Source of the DNA: Nemertoderma westbladi
Lineage: Eukaryota; Animalia; Xenacoelomorpha
Assembly: GCA_032718475.1 (NCBI GenBank)
Contig: JAUCBJ010009126.1
Coordinates: forward strand, 3,419-67,418
Direction of reading: 5' to 3'
DNA length: 64,000 nt
This document shows, in pieces, positions 1 through 12,408 of this stretch; the stretch's first letter is position 1, and each line of letters begins with the position of its first letter. The translations under genes were made by a program, and so were the position numbers. The notes under the pieces were generated by a model. That model had not been told where the DNA came from. It was given only the letters and a program-made list of their open reading frames with translations, and made no database searches.

Positions 1-935
1 CCACCTACTGGCTCCAGAAGTCGAGGAAATCCTGCCAAGTACCTAACTGATCTAGACTTTGCTGATGACTTATGAGTACTCTCAGAACCACTAGAGGGAG
101 CCCAACAGCTCCTCAGGTCATTAGGACAGGCTGCTTCTAGTGTTGGTCTATTTGTTAACTCTAAGAAGAACAACATTTTGACAGTTAACTTTGAAAGTCC
201 TCAGCAAGTCTCTGACAGGTTGAGCATAAGCTCAAAGGATGGTATGCTTGAGCATGTGGGCGACTTCTGTTACCTGGGATCATGGATCCGGAAGTCAGGT
301 GTCAGGTGAGGACTTTCGAATACGTAAGGGAAAGGTATGGGCAGCCTTAAATAGGCTTTCCAAGATTTGGAAGTCACATAGAATTAATCGGAAACTTAAG
401 GTCCGATTATTTAGAGCAGCAGTAGTTCCAGTACTCCTCTATGGGAGTCCATGCTGGGCTCTAACTGATGAGGACACCAAATCTCTGGATGGCACATTCA
501 CAAGAATGCTACGCCGGGTTCATTGTGTCAAGTACAATGCACACATATCCAACCAGACACTATATAACATTGGAGGTGTCTCATTGGTTCCCCCAAGCTT
601 GACACTAGAACAAAGTCGCCTCCGCTTTGCAGGACATTGTTTTCGCCGTGAGGACCAGTCTGTGCACAATCTTGTGCTTTGGCTGCCCCATGGAGAAAAT
701 GAGCATGGTAGACAGCCCATAACTTTTGAGAGACGCCTCTTAAAGGAGACTGGCCTTGAAGATGCGGATGATCTCGCGAAAGTTATGGTAGTGGTTAAAG
801 TAGTGGTGCAACTCCGTTGACAAGCAGAGCCGGAATAGCATTCTTAATGCACGCTGCATTGGGCTTGCCAATGTGGATTGCATGGTGGTGACAAAATGTT
901 TTTATTAAAGCTGGCATAGCATCTGAATGTGCAGT
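1..935 (+). mobile_element. RTE-clade LINE 3' fragment (RT domain C-terminal half plus 3' UTR), inactivated
   Basis: Reads YLTDLDFADDL (catalytic FADD at 58-69), FCYLGS, RKGKVWAALNRLSKIW, VLLYGSPCW, RLRFAGHC. In-frame TGA at 73-75 (GGA in the paralog at ~13760) and a 7-bp gtcaggt duplication at 294-307 that shifts the frame. Confidence 0.9.
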
Positions 936-1245
936 TTCAATGCAGCAGACCGATTATAGTAGTAGTATAGTGTTGGGACGGAATGCTATCAATAAGCACA
1001 ATATAAATAGATCTGCGGCCACCCAAAGTGTGGCCAGTCTGCGGCCGCTCTAATGAAGTGGAATGGGGCATTCTATAGTGTCAAAATTTATGGCTATTGG
1101 CTATAATTTTTTTTTCACCATTATATGTATTTCTTGACACATTGACAGTTAAAATTAAATTAACATTGTAAAAATGGCCAGATAGATTCGTCAATATAGC
1201 AAGAAACGCGACAAGATATATTACAGAATGTTTGATTTGTCAATT

Positions 1246-1540
1246 TAGCAGAGGTTGCACTGGTTACCAAAGTGTTTGAGAATGTGTAACTTGTACCTTG
1301 AGAATGTTAGAAGAGGTTGCACTGGTTACCAAAGTGTTTGAGAATGTGTAACTCGTACCTTGAGAATGTTAGCAGAGGTTGCACTGGTTACCAAAGTGTT
1401 TGTGTAACTTGTATCTTGAGAATGTTAGCAGAGGTTGCACTGGTTACCAAAGTGTTTGTGTAACTTGTATCTTGAGAATGTTAGCAGAGGTTGCACTGGT
1501 TACCAAAGTGTTTGTGTAATAACTTGTACCTCGAGAATGG
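1246..1540. repeat. Minisatellite, ~56-63 bp unit, ~5 copies
   Basis: Repeated ttagcagaggttgcactggttaccaaagtgtttg(agaatg)tgtaacttgtaccttgagaatg. Confidence 0.9.
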
Positions 1541-2004
1541 CTTAGGAATGAATCCTTTGTGGTAACCTATCTATACTACCCACTCGCTATCTTTAAATTA
1601 TCTCTAATTTGTAATGAACACTGTTAGGAAGTGCCTTTGTAATGAACACTGTTAAGTGCCTTAATTCCACTTTCAAACTTATTCATGTATTCAATCTCGA
1701 GTTCCCACTTGTATCGGATAATGTTTGTTCTTTTTAGAGAGACTGATGAAAACGGCAACTTGACTATTTATGAATTATTCGGACTCTTTAATGAAGTTTA
1801 ACTTTTCGCGTGAACGTATGGGCATTCGTCTCAATATCAACTCAATCTGACCGGCCATATGTCCACTTTTATTTTTGATCTGTCTTTAACCGGGATAAAT
1901 TTTATTTAAAGGACTAATGGATACCTTAAGGATAATTGTGCGTTATGCCAGTGTTCAGTCTCTTCAAAATATAAATCATGCATGCTGCAGCACCTGATCG
2001 ATAA

Positions 2005-4410
2005 CTTTTTATCCCTCACACTTAGTCCCGAACTCTTCATCCCGAACTTTTTATCCCGGACTCTTAGTCCCGAACTCTTCATCCCGAACTTTTTATCCCG
2101 GACTCTTAGTCCCGAACTCTTCATCCCGAACTTTTCATCCCGGACTCTTAGTCCCGAACTCTTCATCCCGAACTTTTCATCCCGGACTCTTAGTCCCGAC
2201 CTCATCATCCCGAACTTTTTATCCCGGACTCTTAGTTCCGAACTTTTCATCCCGGACTCTTAGTCCCGAACTCTTAGTCCCGAACTCTTCATCCCGAACT
2301 TTTTATCCCGGACTCTTAGTCCCGAACTCTTCATCCCGAACTTTTCATCCCGGACTCTTAGTCCCGAACTCTTCATCCCGAACTTTTCATCCCGGACTCT
2401 TAGTCCCGAACTCTTCATCCCGAACTTTTCATCCCGGACTCTTAGTCCCGACCTCATCATCCCGAACTTTTTATCCCGGACTCTTAGTCCCGAACTCTTA
2501 GTCCCAAACTCTTCATCCCGAACTTTTTATTCCGGACTCTTAGTCCCGAACTCTTCATCCCGAACTTTTTATCCCGGACTCTTAGTCCCGAACTCTTCAT
2601 CCCGAACTTTTCATCCCGGACTCTTAGTCCCGACCTCATCATCCCGAACTTTTTATCCCGGACTCTTAGTCCCGAACTCTTCATCCCGAACTTTTCATCC
2701 CAGACTCTTAGTCCCGAACTCTTAGTCCCGAACTCTTCATCCCGAACTTTTTATCCCGGACTCTTAGTCCCGAACTCTTCATCCCGAACTTTTCATCCCG
2801 GACTCTTAGTCCCGACCTCATCATCCCGAACTTTTTATCCCGGACTCTTAGTCCCGAACTCTTAGTCCCAAACTCTTCATCCCGAACTTTTTATTCCGGA
2901 CTCTTAGTCCCGAACTCTTCATCCCGAACTTTTCATCCCGGACTCTTAGTCCCAACCTCATCATCCCGAACTTTTTATCCCGGACTCTTAGTCCCGAACT
3001 CTTCATCCCGAACTTTTCATCCCGGACTCTTAGTCCCGAACTCTTCATCCCGAACTTTTCATCCCGGACTCTTAGTCCCGAACTCTTCATCCCGAACTTT
3101 TCATCCCGGACTCTTAGTCCCGACCTCATCATCCCGAACTTTTTATCCCGGACTCTTAGTCCCGAACTCTTAGTCCCAAACTCTTCATCCCGAACTTTTT
3201 ATTCCGGACTCTTAGTCCCGAACTCTTCATCCCGAACTTTTCATCCCGGACTCTTAGTCCCGAACTCTTCATCCCGAACTTTTCATCCCGGACTCTTAGT
3301 CCCGAACTCTTCATCCCGAACTTTTCATCCCGGACTCTTAGTCCCGACCTCATCATCCCGAACTTTTTATCCCGGACTCTTAGTCCCGAACTCTTAGTCC
3401 CAAACTCTTCATCCCGAACTTTTTATTCCGGACTCTTAGTCCCGAACTCTTCATCCCGAACTTTTCATCCCGGACTCTTAGTCCCAACCTCATCATCCCG
3501 AACTTTTTATCCCGGACTCTTAGTCCCGAACTCTTCATCCCGAACTTTTCATCCCGGACTCTTAGTCCCGAACTCTTAGTCCCGAACTCTTCATCCCGAA
3601 CTTTTCATCCCGGACTCTTAGTCCCGACCTCATCATCCCGAACTTTTTATCCCGGACTCTTAGTCCCGAACTCTTCATCCCGAACTTTTCATCCCGGACT
3701 CTTAGTCCCGACCTCATCATCCCGAACTTTTTATCCCGGACTCTTAGTCCCGAACTTTTTATCCCGGACTCTTAGTCCCGAACTCTTAGTCCCGAACTCT
3801 TCATCCCGAACTTTTCATCCAGGACTCTTAGTCCCGCACTCTTCATCCCGAACTGTTCATCCCGGACTCTTAGTCCCGAACTTTTCATCCCGAACTTTTC
3901 ATCCCGGACTCTTAGTCCCGACCTCATCATCCCGAACTTTTTATCCCGGACTCTTAGTCCCGAACTCTTCATCCCGAACTTTTCATCCCAGACTCTTAGT
4001 CCCGAACTCTTAGTCCCGAACTCTTCATCCCGAACTTTTTATCCCGGACTCTTAGTCCCGAAATCTTCATCCCGAACTTTTCATCCCGGACTCTTAGTCC
4101 CGAACTCTTAGTCCCGAACTCTTCATCCCGAACTTTTCATCCCGGACTCTTAGTCCCGACCTCATCATCCCGAACTTTTTATCCCGGACTCTTAGTCCCG
4201 AACTCTTCATCCCGAACTTTTCATCCCGGACTCTTAGTCCCGACCTCATCATCCCGAACTTTTTATCCCGGACTCTTAGTCCCGAACTTTTTATCCCGGA
4301 CTCTTAGTCCCGAACTCTTAGTCCCGAACTCTTCATCCCGAACTTTTCATCCAGGACTCTTAGTCCCGCACTCTTCATCCCGAACTGTTCATCCCGGACT
4401 GTTAGCCCTG
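2005..4410. repeat. Tandem array of 14-bp subunits, mostly organised as a 42-bp trimer
   Basis: Subunits cccgaactcttcat / cccgaactttttat / cccggactcttagt, with variant cccgacctcatcat, over ~2.4 kb. Confidence 0.97.
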
Positions 4411-4596
4411 AACCGACATTTCATCCCAGATATTTCGCATGGACATCTCCCACTCATTTCGAAACGCTTTACGCTTCATACTAGCTATCCTACAAAACTA
4501 GTAGGATTACCTAACAATAAGCAAACCCAAGCTTTCAGCAGATCCCTTAAAGAAGAAGACTCCCTTAAATATGTCGTTTTCGAACATCGAAAGCGT

Positions 4597-4940
4597 TTTA
4601 AGTAAATAATGTAATATACATTAAAAGCAGTTTTAAGTAAATAATGTAATATATATTAATAACAGTTTTAAGTAAATAATGTAATATATATTAATAACAG
4701 TTTGAAGTAAATAATGTAATATATATTAATAACAGTTTTAAGTAAATAATGTAATATATATTAATAACAGTTTTAAGTAAATAATGTAATATATATTAAT
4801 AACAGTTTTAAGTAAATAATGTAATATATATTAATAACAGTTTTAAGTAAATAATGTAATATACATTAATAACAGTTTTAAGTAAATAATGTAATATACA
4901 TTAATAACAGTTTTAAGTAAATAATGTAATATACAATAAT
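4597..4940. repeat. 35-bp AT-rich minisatellite, ~10 copies
   Basis: Unit ttttaagtaaataatgtaatatatattaataacag. Confidence 0.95.
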
Positions 4941-4969
4941 GCCATTAATAAAATAATAACAGTAAATAA

Positions 4970-5004
4970 TACATGCCATTGGCGATCTTCGCCAATGGCA
5001 TGTA
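4970..5004. other. Perfect 16-bp-stem hairpin with 3-nt loop
   Basis: tacatgccattggcga-tct-tcgccaatggcatgta. Confidence 0.9.
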
Positions 5005-5495
5005 ATTATAACCAAAACAATAAACTGGTTAGTCAATAGGTTACATAAAAGGTAAATGTGTAAATGAAGGTTAAAGTTTCATAATCAGCTCGGTAATTGT
5101 AGACTGACAATATTTTTTTCGTGGGCACAAAGTTTTCTGCGCGACTTTGAACTCAATTATTAATTTCTGTGGCCATGATTTGTGGTTTAAATCACTTATT
5201 TTTTTAAATCGTTCTGTTTTCTTCTGCTATAATCACCCTGTCCACTTTTGTTAAATCCAATTGCAAGGTTATTACAATCAGTTCTTCTGTTCACTACACC
5301 TGTACCACACTGTACCACTCGCGCCGCTATGACATATAATTAGTTTCCAATTAGAAAGTATATTCAATTTCAGCAACGTACGGTAGACGTTATAATCTTA
5401 TGAACGGCCGAGCGAAGCTCCTACTCTACACACACCAAACTGGTTAGGTGTTGAGTAATTTATTTATCAGTTGCAATGATTGGTAGTTTATTAGT

Positions 5496-7760
5496 TTATT
5501 GGCGGAACTGCACAGGTTGCGTTTCTATGGTCCGAGATTATTGGCGGAACTGCACAGGTTGCGTTTCTATGGTCCGAGATTATTGGCGGAACTGCACAGG
5601 TTGCGTTTCTATGGTCCGAGATTATTGGCGGAACTGCACAGGTTGCGTTTCTATGGTCCGAGATTATTGGTGGAACTGCACAGGTTGCGTTTCTATGGTC
5701 CGAGATTATTGGCGGAACTGCACAGGTTGCGTTTCTATGGTCCGAGATTATTGGCGGAACTGCACAGGTTGCGTTTCTATGGTCCGAGATTATTGGCGGA
5801 ACTGCACAGGTTGCGTTTCTATGATCCGAGATTATTGGCGGAACTGCACAGGTTGCGTTTCTATGGTCCGAGATTATTGGCGGAACTGCACAGGTTGCGT
5901 TTCTATGGTCCGAGATTATTGGCGGAACTGCACAGGTTGCGTTTCTATGGTCCGAGATTATTGGCGGAACTGCACAGGTTGCGTTTCTATGGTCCGAGAT
6001 TATTGGCGGAACTGCACAGGTTGCGTTTCTATGGTCCGAGATTATTTGCGGAACTGCACAGGTTGCGTTTCTATGGTCCGAGATTATTGGCGGAACTGCA
6101 CAGGTTGCGTTTCTATGGTCCGAGATTATTTGCGGAACTGCACAGGTTGCGTTTCTATGGTCCGAGATTATTGGCGGAACTGCACAGGTTGCGTTTTTAT
6201 GGTCCGAGATTATTGGCGGAACTGCACAGGTTGCGTTTCTATGGTCCGAGATTATTGGCGGAACTGCACAGGTTGCGTTTCTATGGTCCGAGATTATTGG
6301 CGGAACTGCACAGGTTGCGTTTCTATGGTCCGAGATTATTGGCGGAACTGCACAGGTTGCGTTTCTATGGTCCGAGATTATTGGCGGAACTGCACAGGTT
6401 GCGTTTCTATGGTCCGAGATTATTGGCGGAACTGCACAGGTTGCGTTTCTATGGTCCGAGATTATTGGCGGAACTGCACAGGTTGCGTTTCTATGGTCCG
6501 AGATTATTTGCGGAACTGCACAGGTTGCGTTTCTATGGTCCGAGATTATTGGCGGAACTGCACAGGTTGCGTTTCTATGGTCCGAGATTATTTGCGGAAC
6601 TGCACAGGTTGCGTTTCTATGGTCCGAGATTATTGGCGGAACTGCACAGGTTGCGTTTTTATGGTCCGAGATTATTGGCGGAACTGCACAGGTTGCGTTT
6701 CTATGGTCCGAGATTATTGGCGGAACTGCACAGGTTGCGTTTCTATGGTCCGAGATTATTGGCGGAACTGCACAGGTTGCGTTTCTATGCTCCGAGATTA
6801 TTGGCGGAACTGCACAGGTTGCGTTTCTATGGTCCGAGATTATTGGCGGAACTGCACAGGTTGCGTTTCTATGGTCCGAGATTATTGGCGGAACTGCACA
6901 GGTTACGTTTCTATGGTCCGAGATTATTGGCGGAACTGCACAGGTTACGTTTCTATGGTCCGAGATTATTGGCGGAACTGCACAGGTTGCGTTTCTATGG
7001 TCCGAGATTATTGGCGGAACTGCACAGGTTGCGTTTCTATGGTCCGAGATTATTGGCGGAACTGCACAGGTTGCGTTTCTATGGTCCGAGATTATTGGCG
7101 GAACTGCACAGGTTGCGTTTCTATGGTCCGAGATTATTGGCGGAACTGCACAGGTTGCGTTTCTATGGTCCGAGATTATTGGCGGAACTGCACAGGTTGC
7201 GTTTCTATGGTCCGAGATTATTGGCGGAACTGCACAGGTTGCGTTTCTATGGTCCGAGATTATTGGCGGAACTGCACAGGTTGCGTTTCTATGGTCCGAG
7301 ATTATTGGCGGAACTGCACAGGTTGCGTTTCTATGGTCCGAGATTATTGGCGGAACTGCACAGGTTGCGTTTCTATGGTCCGAGATTATTGGCGGAACTG
7401 CACAGGTTACGTTTCTATGGTCCGAGATTATTGGCGGAACTGCACAGGTTACGTTTCTATGGTCCGAGATTATTGGCGGAACTGCACAGGTTGCGTTTCT
7501 ATGGTCCGAGATTATTGGCGGAACTGCACAGGTTGCGTTTCTATGGTCCGAGATTATTGGCGGAACTGCACAGGTTGCGTTTCTATGGTCCGAGATTATT
7601 GGCGGAACTGCACAGGTTGCGTTTCTATGGTCCGAGATTATTGGCGGAACTGCACAGGTTGCGTTTCTATGGTCCGAGATTATTGGCGGAACTGCACAGG
7701 TTGCGTTTCTATGGTCCGAGATTATTGGCGGAACTGCACAGGTTGCGTTTCTATGGTCCG
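5496..7760. repeat. 42-bp tandem array, 54 copies minus 3 bp, highly homogeneous
   Basis: Unit ttattggcggaactgcacaggttgcgtttctatggtccgaga; span 2265 bp = 54x42-3. Confidence 0.98.
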
Positions 7761-7997
7761 CCCCACTATGTCGTATTACCCTTAGAGTGTCATTGTCATG
7801 GAAACCTCCCAGGACTTATCCTAAGTATTGACATTGGTTACCATCTGGTCTATCACAGGGAGCTGCTGTGGTACTGACTTACTTTTCTATACCAAGGCGT
7901 CCAACACTCTAAGCGATGCAGGGTGACTACAAAACATAGACCAAAGACCCGTATAACCCAATTATAAAGACCTGCGTAATCTTGTAACATGTGTTAA

Positions 7998-8159
7998 CTG
8001 TAACCTGCTCCTTTACTCACCTGCTCCTTTAAATGGCAATTGAATCTAAAGCGCTTTGTGACCTGTACAAAACAAAGAGGTAAAGTCGCGTTAGGTCCCA
8101 AAGAGCGTTAGGTCCCATTGCTATTTAAAGGAGAAGGTTAGTAAAGGGGCAGGTTACAG
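7998..8159. mobile_element. MITE-like element with ~43-bp imperfect TIRs, nested inside an outer inverted pair (7963-8225)
   Basis: ctgtaacctgctcctttactcacctgctcctttaaatggcaat ... attgctatttaaaggagaaggttagtaaaggggcaggttacag. Confidence 0.75.
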
Positions 8160-8229
8160 AGGCGTGTTGTGGGAACCACAACAATAAACGAAAGTTAACA
8201 CATGTGTTTCATACAGGTCTTTATACACG

Positions 8230-9208
8230 TAATGTAAGCTACTTATACGGTGTCCCATGTGTTATCACCTAATGTAAGCTACTTATACGGTGTCGCATGT
8301 GTTTTCACATAATGTAAGCTACTTATACGGTGTCCCATGTGTTTTCACCTAATGTAAGCTACAGTACTTATAGGTGTCCCATGTGTTTTCACCTAATGTA
8401 AGCTACTTATACGGTGTCCCATGTGTTTTACCTAATGTAAGCTACTTATACGGTGTCCCATGTGTTTTCACCTAATGTAAGCTACTTATACGGTGTCCCA
8501 TGTGTTATCACCTAATGTAAGCTACTTATACGGTGTCGCATGTGTTATCACCTAATGTAAGCTACTTATACGGTGTCGCATGTGTTTTCACATAATGTAA
8601 GCTACTTATACGGTGTCCCATGTGTTTTCACCTAATGTAAGCTACAGTACTTATACGGTGTCCCATGTGTTTTCACCTAATGTAAGCTACAGTACTTATA
8701 GGTGTCCCATGTGTTTTCACCTAATGTAAGCTACTTATACGGTGTCCCATATGTTATCACCTAATGTAGGCTACTTATACGGTGTCCCATGTGTTTTCAC
8801 ATAATATAAGCTACTTATACGGTGTCCCATGTGTTTTCCTAATTTAAGCTACTTATACGGTGTCCCATGTGTTTTCCTAATGTAAGCTACTTATACGGTG
8901 ACCCATGTGTTTTCCTAATGTAAGCTACTTATACGGTGTCCCATATGTTTTCCTAATGTAAGCTACTTATACGGTGTCCCATGTGTTTTACCTAATGTAA
9001 GCTACTTATACGGTGTCCCATGTGTTTTCACCTAATGTAAGCTACTTATACGGTGTCCCATGTGTTATCACATAATGTAAGCTACTTATACGGTGTCCCA
9101 TGTGTTTTCACCTAATGTAAGCTACTTATACGGTGTCCCATGTGTTTTCACCTAATGTAAGCTACTTACACGGTGTCCCATGTGTTTTCCTAATGTAAGC
9201 TACTTATA
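8230..9208. repeat. 40-bp tandem array, left part
   Basis: Unit aatgtaagctacttatacggtgtcccatgtgttttcacct, with indel variants such as agctacagtactt. Confidence 0.97.
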
Positions 9209-9791
9209 GCTTAAATTACTAGAGGTTTATATGCTCGTGCAAACACTTTGTGTAGAAAATTTTATAATTGTAGTAATGCAGTAAAAGTTACTCTATTTAG
9301 GGCATATGTAACTCCTTTGTATTGCAATGCTCTGTGGTCACCATTGAACTATTCAGAGTCTGTGTATAACCGTGTCAGAGTGGCCTATAATTCGGCTGCA
9401 CGTATATTTTTTAAGCTTCCGTTCCGTTCCAGTATGTCCTTATTTTTCGGTACTTCAAATATGCCATGTTTTATTCACTTACGCTATCGTTCAGTGCAGA
9501 GCTTATATAATAGAATTAAGGTATCTAGTAATAAAATTGTTTCCACGGTTTATATGTGTACTCGAGAATCATCTAGAATTCATCGTAGTCAATTTGTTTG
9601 CTAATTACTATCGGTTTCATAATACATTAATATGTAGCTACAGTACTTAATAGGGCTTAGGACTTTAATTGTGCTTAATATAATAACAATAATAGTAGGC
9701 TAATTAGGATATGGATCAGTTATATTGTGCACCCCATGTATAATAATAATATGGTCTGGTGTAAAGAATAAAATAAAATAAAAAAATAAAA
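9209..9791 (+). mobile_element. 5'-truncated non-LTR retrotransposon (RTEX-like C-terminus) inserted in the 40-bp array
   Basis: RGLYARANTLCRKFYNCSNAVKVTLFRAYVTPLYCNALW...RVAYN...SLYNRIKVSSNKIV, then a 3' UTR and an (AAAAT)n tail at ~9762-9791. Flanked by tata at 9205-9208 and 9792-9795. Clade assignment tentative. Confidence 0.85.
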
Positions 9792-10306
9792 TATACGGTG
9801 TCCCATGTGTTTTCACCTAATGTAAGCTACTTATACGGTGTCCCATGTGTTTTCACCTAATGTAAGCTACAGTACTTATAGGTGTCCCATGTGTTTTCAC
9901 CTAATGTAAGCTACTTATACGGTGTCCCATGTGTTTTCACATAATGTAAGCTACTTATACGGTGTCCCATGTGTTTTCACCTAATGTAAGCTACTTATAC
10001 GGTGTCCCATGTGTTTTCACCTAATGTAAGCTACTTATACGGTGTCCCATGTGTTTTCACCTAATGTAAGCTACAGTACTTATAGGTGTCCCATGTGTTT
10101 TCACCTAATGTAAGCTACTTACACGGTGTCCCATGTGTTTTCCTAATGTAAGCTACTTATACGGTGTCCCATGTGTTTTCACCTAATGTAAGCTACTTAT
10201 ACGGTGTCCCATGTGTTTTCACCTAATGTAAGCTACAGTACTTATAGGTGTCCCATGTGTTTTCACCTAATGTAAGCTACTTATACGGTGTCCCATGTGT
10301 TTTCAT
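9792..10306. repeat. 40-bp tandem array, right part
   Basis: Same unit as 8230-9208, resuming in register after the LINE tail. Confidence 0.97.
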
Positions 10307-10984
10307 CTACATCCTTTTACCAGCTTAGATATGTGTTGGCCAATGTGATATATACCAGACTTTCTGTATAATTTTACCCCCATCATAAAACAATATCGAA
10401 TTACTCTATTGCTGTTCGCTCTAGGTAAAGTAGAACTACAAAGTGGAACTAAAAACTTCCTACAAAAATCGGCCGCCCTTCAAACTAATTCGATTCGCAG
10501 CAGGTTCAGTTACCAGGGTAAAATATGTGAGTATGAAACTATTAAAATACTCCGTAGCGACACAATCCCATTGTAATAATAATATAAATTGTAATAATAA
10601 TAATAATTTAATTATACAATTACATTAATTTGATTCACAATTCCACTAACCTGGAAGGGAACACAAAATACAGCCATGAGTAAATCAGCTACAGCTAAGT
10701 TACCGATGAACACATTTACATCATTGTGCATCTTCTTGTTCTTTCGAATGACGTGACACGTTAGAAAGTTGCCAAATATTCCTGTATTAAATAGTTGGTA
10801 TTAACAACACAGTAACCAATAGCAACTAAGGATAAACACCGGTTGAGGCTAGGTATAGCATATGTAGAATAGAAAGCACAACGGATGACACAAATGTATG
10901 TAGGGAAGACAACATAAAGGGAGGAACTATTCTGATATGATATTAACTATTCTGATCTGGAGTCAAAAGTTCGAGAGGTATTTG

Positions 10985-11170
10985 CCCGTAACTTTAAAAA
11001 ACATTGGAACTTTTTCTGTAGTATGCCCATATAAAATTTGGTTGAAAATGGTTAAAATCTTCAAAAAGTTATTTACGAATGAATTTTTCATTACAGACGG
11101 ACAGACAGACGGACAAACAGACAGATAGACGGGCATTAAATTTTGCCCTATTTACTAATTATAATTGTGC
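10985..11170 (+). mobile_element. Possible Helentron/DINE-1-like non-autonomous fragment
   Basis: A (CAGA/CGGA)n microsatellite at 11094-11131 follows an aaatttggttgaaaatggtt segment, an arrangement resembling invertebrate Helentron-associated elements. Confidence 0.4.
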
Positions 11171-11499
11171 GCTAAGACTCGCCCTGACTGCGTGGCTCGC
11201 CCCACATTATTTCTTCGTAACTCAATCCTGGTTATGTTTAGGTTGGAGTCAATTTATTTGGTGGTAGAGACAGGAGAGAGAGCATGAGAATAGCAGTTTT
11301 GGGCGAAATCCATATAGAGAATTATAAACTATGTTATTAGATAGATTTATAGTGTAGAATAATAAATTCACCCTGTAACTTTTATTCATTTTGAAGGAGT
11401 TAAGTGTGGGGAGAGTTGAAGTTGCCTATAGAAGCAAGCTTCTCACTATGGGGATTAACAAAAAATTTAGAAATATTTGCTAATCTTTTGCAAACTCAG

Positions 11500-11635
11500 T
11501 TCATGACTTTCTTGAGGAGCCTTTTAAAGGACACTGATCTCGAAGATTGGATGATCTAGCAAATATGGAGATAGAGGGATCATGGGTGATCGTGATTGGG
11601 AGTTGTGGCGTCGGCTTTTTGTCGACCAGCCGGCA
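11500..11635 (+). mobile_element. Degenerate 3' piece of the same RTE family
   Basis: catgactttcttgag...aaaggacactg...gatctagcaaat...catgggtgat...gggagttgtggcg aligns with 14391-14505. Confidence 0.75.
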
Positions 11636-12175
11636 AATTTTTAATATATACAATGCAGCTACAATTCAGCATTCCGTCAGAAGAATAAGATCAATGGAAA
11701 ACTAATGGCCGTTTTTTTCTCGAAATGACCTTTCTTGGACGTTTTCTCTATCAAATTTTTTACTATACTCAATCGTGTTTCGTTCTGTTTGCAGAATTAC
11801 TTTGATTTTAAAAATTTTGTTGGCAGAATTTTGAAATTTTTGTTTAATAAAAGTTGCGACATTTTTTTTGTTTATACATTCCCAAAAAATTGAAAAAAAT
11901 CTAATAACTCGCGATTTGTTCCACAAAAAATATGGTAACGGTCAACGCGAAGTTTATCTCTGAACCGATCCTTACACCTCCACCTTACCCTTATCACTTC
12001 TCAGTTGTCCAATAATGGAATACAGCTCTAGGAATTTAGTCGGACGTATCGCTAGATTTATTAGGTAACTTGTGTAATTATTTCAGGTTCATTTGTACCG
12101 ACATACTTCCGTAATTAATACTGTAGAGTTTGTCTTATACGGAATTTATATTTTGCAATATTTTGTTATCCGTGC

Positions 12176-12408
12176 AACATAGTTTGGTCCACCAACACAT
12201 AGTTTGGTCCACCAACACACAGTTTGGTCCACCAACACACAGTTTGGTCCACCAACACATAGTTTGGTCCACCAACACACAGTTTGGTCCACCAACACAC
12301 AGTTTGGTCCACCAACACATAGTTTGGTCCACCAACACATAGTTTGGTCCACCAACACACAGTTTGGTCCACCAACACATAGTTTGGTCCACCAACACAT
12401 AGTTTGGT
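12176..12408. repeat. 20-bp minisatellite, ~11.5 copies
   Basis: Unit agtttggtccaccaacaca(t/c). Confidence 0.97.

Noticed and set aside
1906-3972. Short repetitive ORFs in the 14/42-bp array
   Set aside because: Tandem-repeat translation artefacts.
5476-7877. 769-aa (CxxC-repeat) and 792-aa ORFs
   Set aside because: They are translations of a 42-bp unit whose consensus has no stop in any + frame. Most variants are non-synonymous in both frames, so there is no sign of coding selection.
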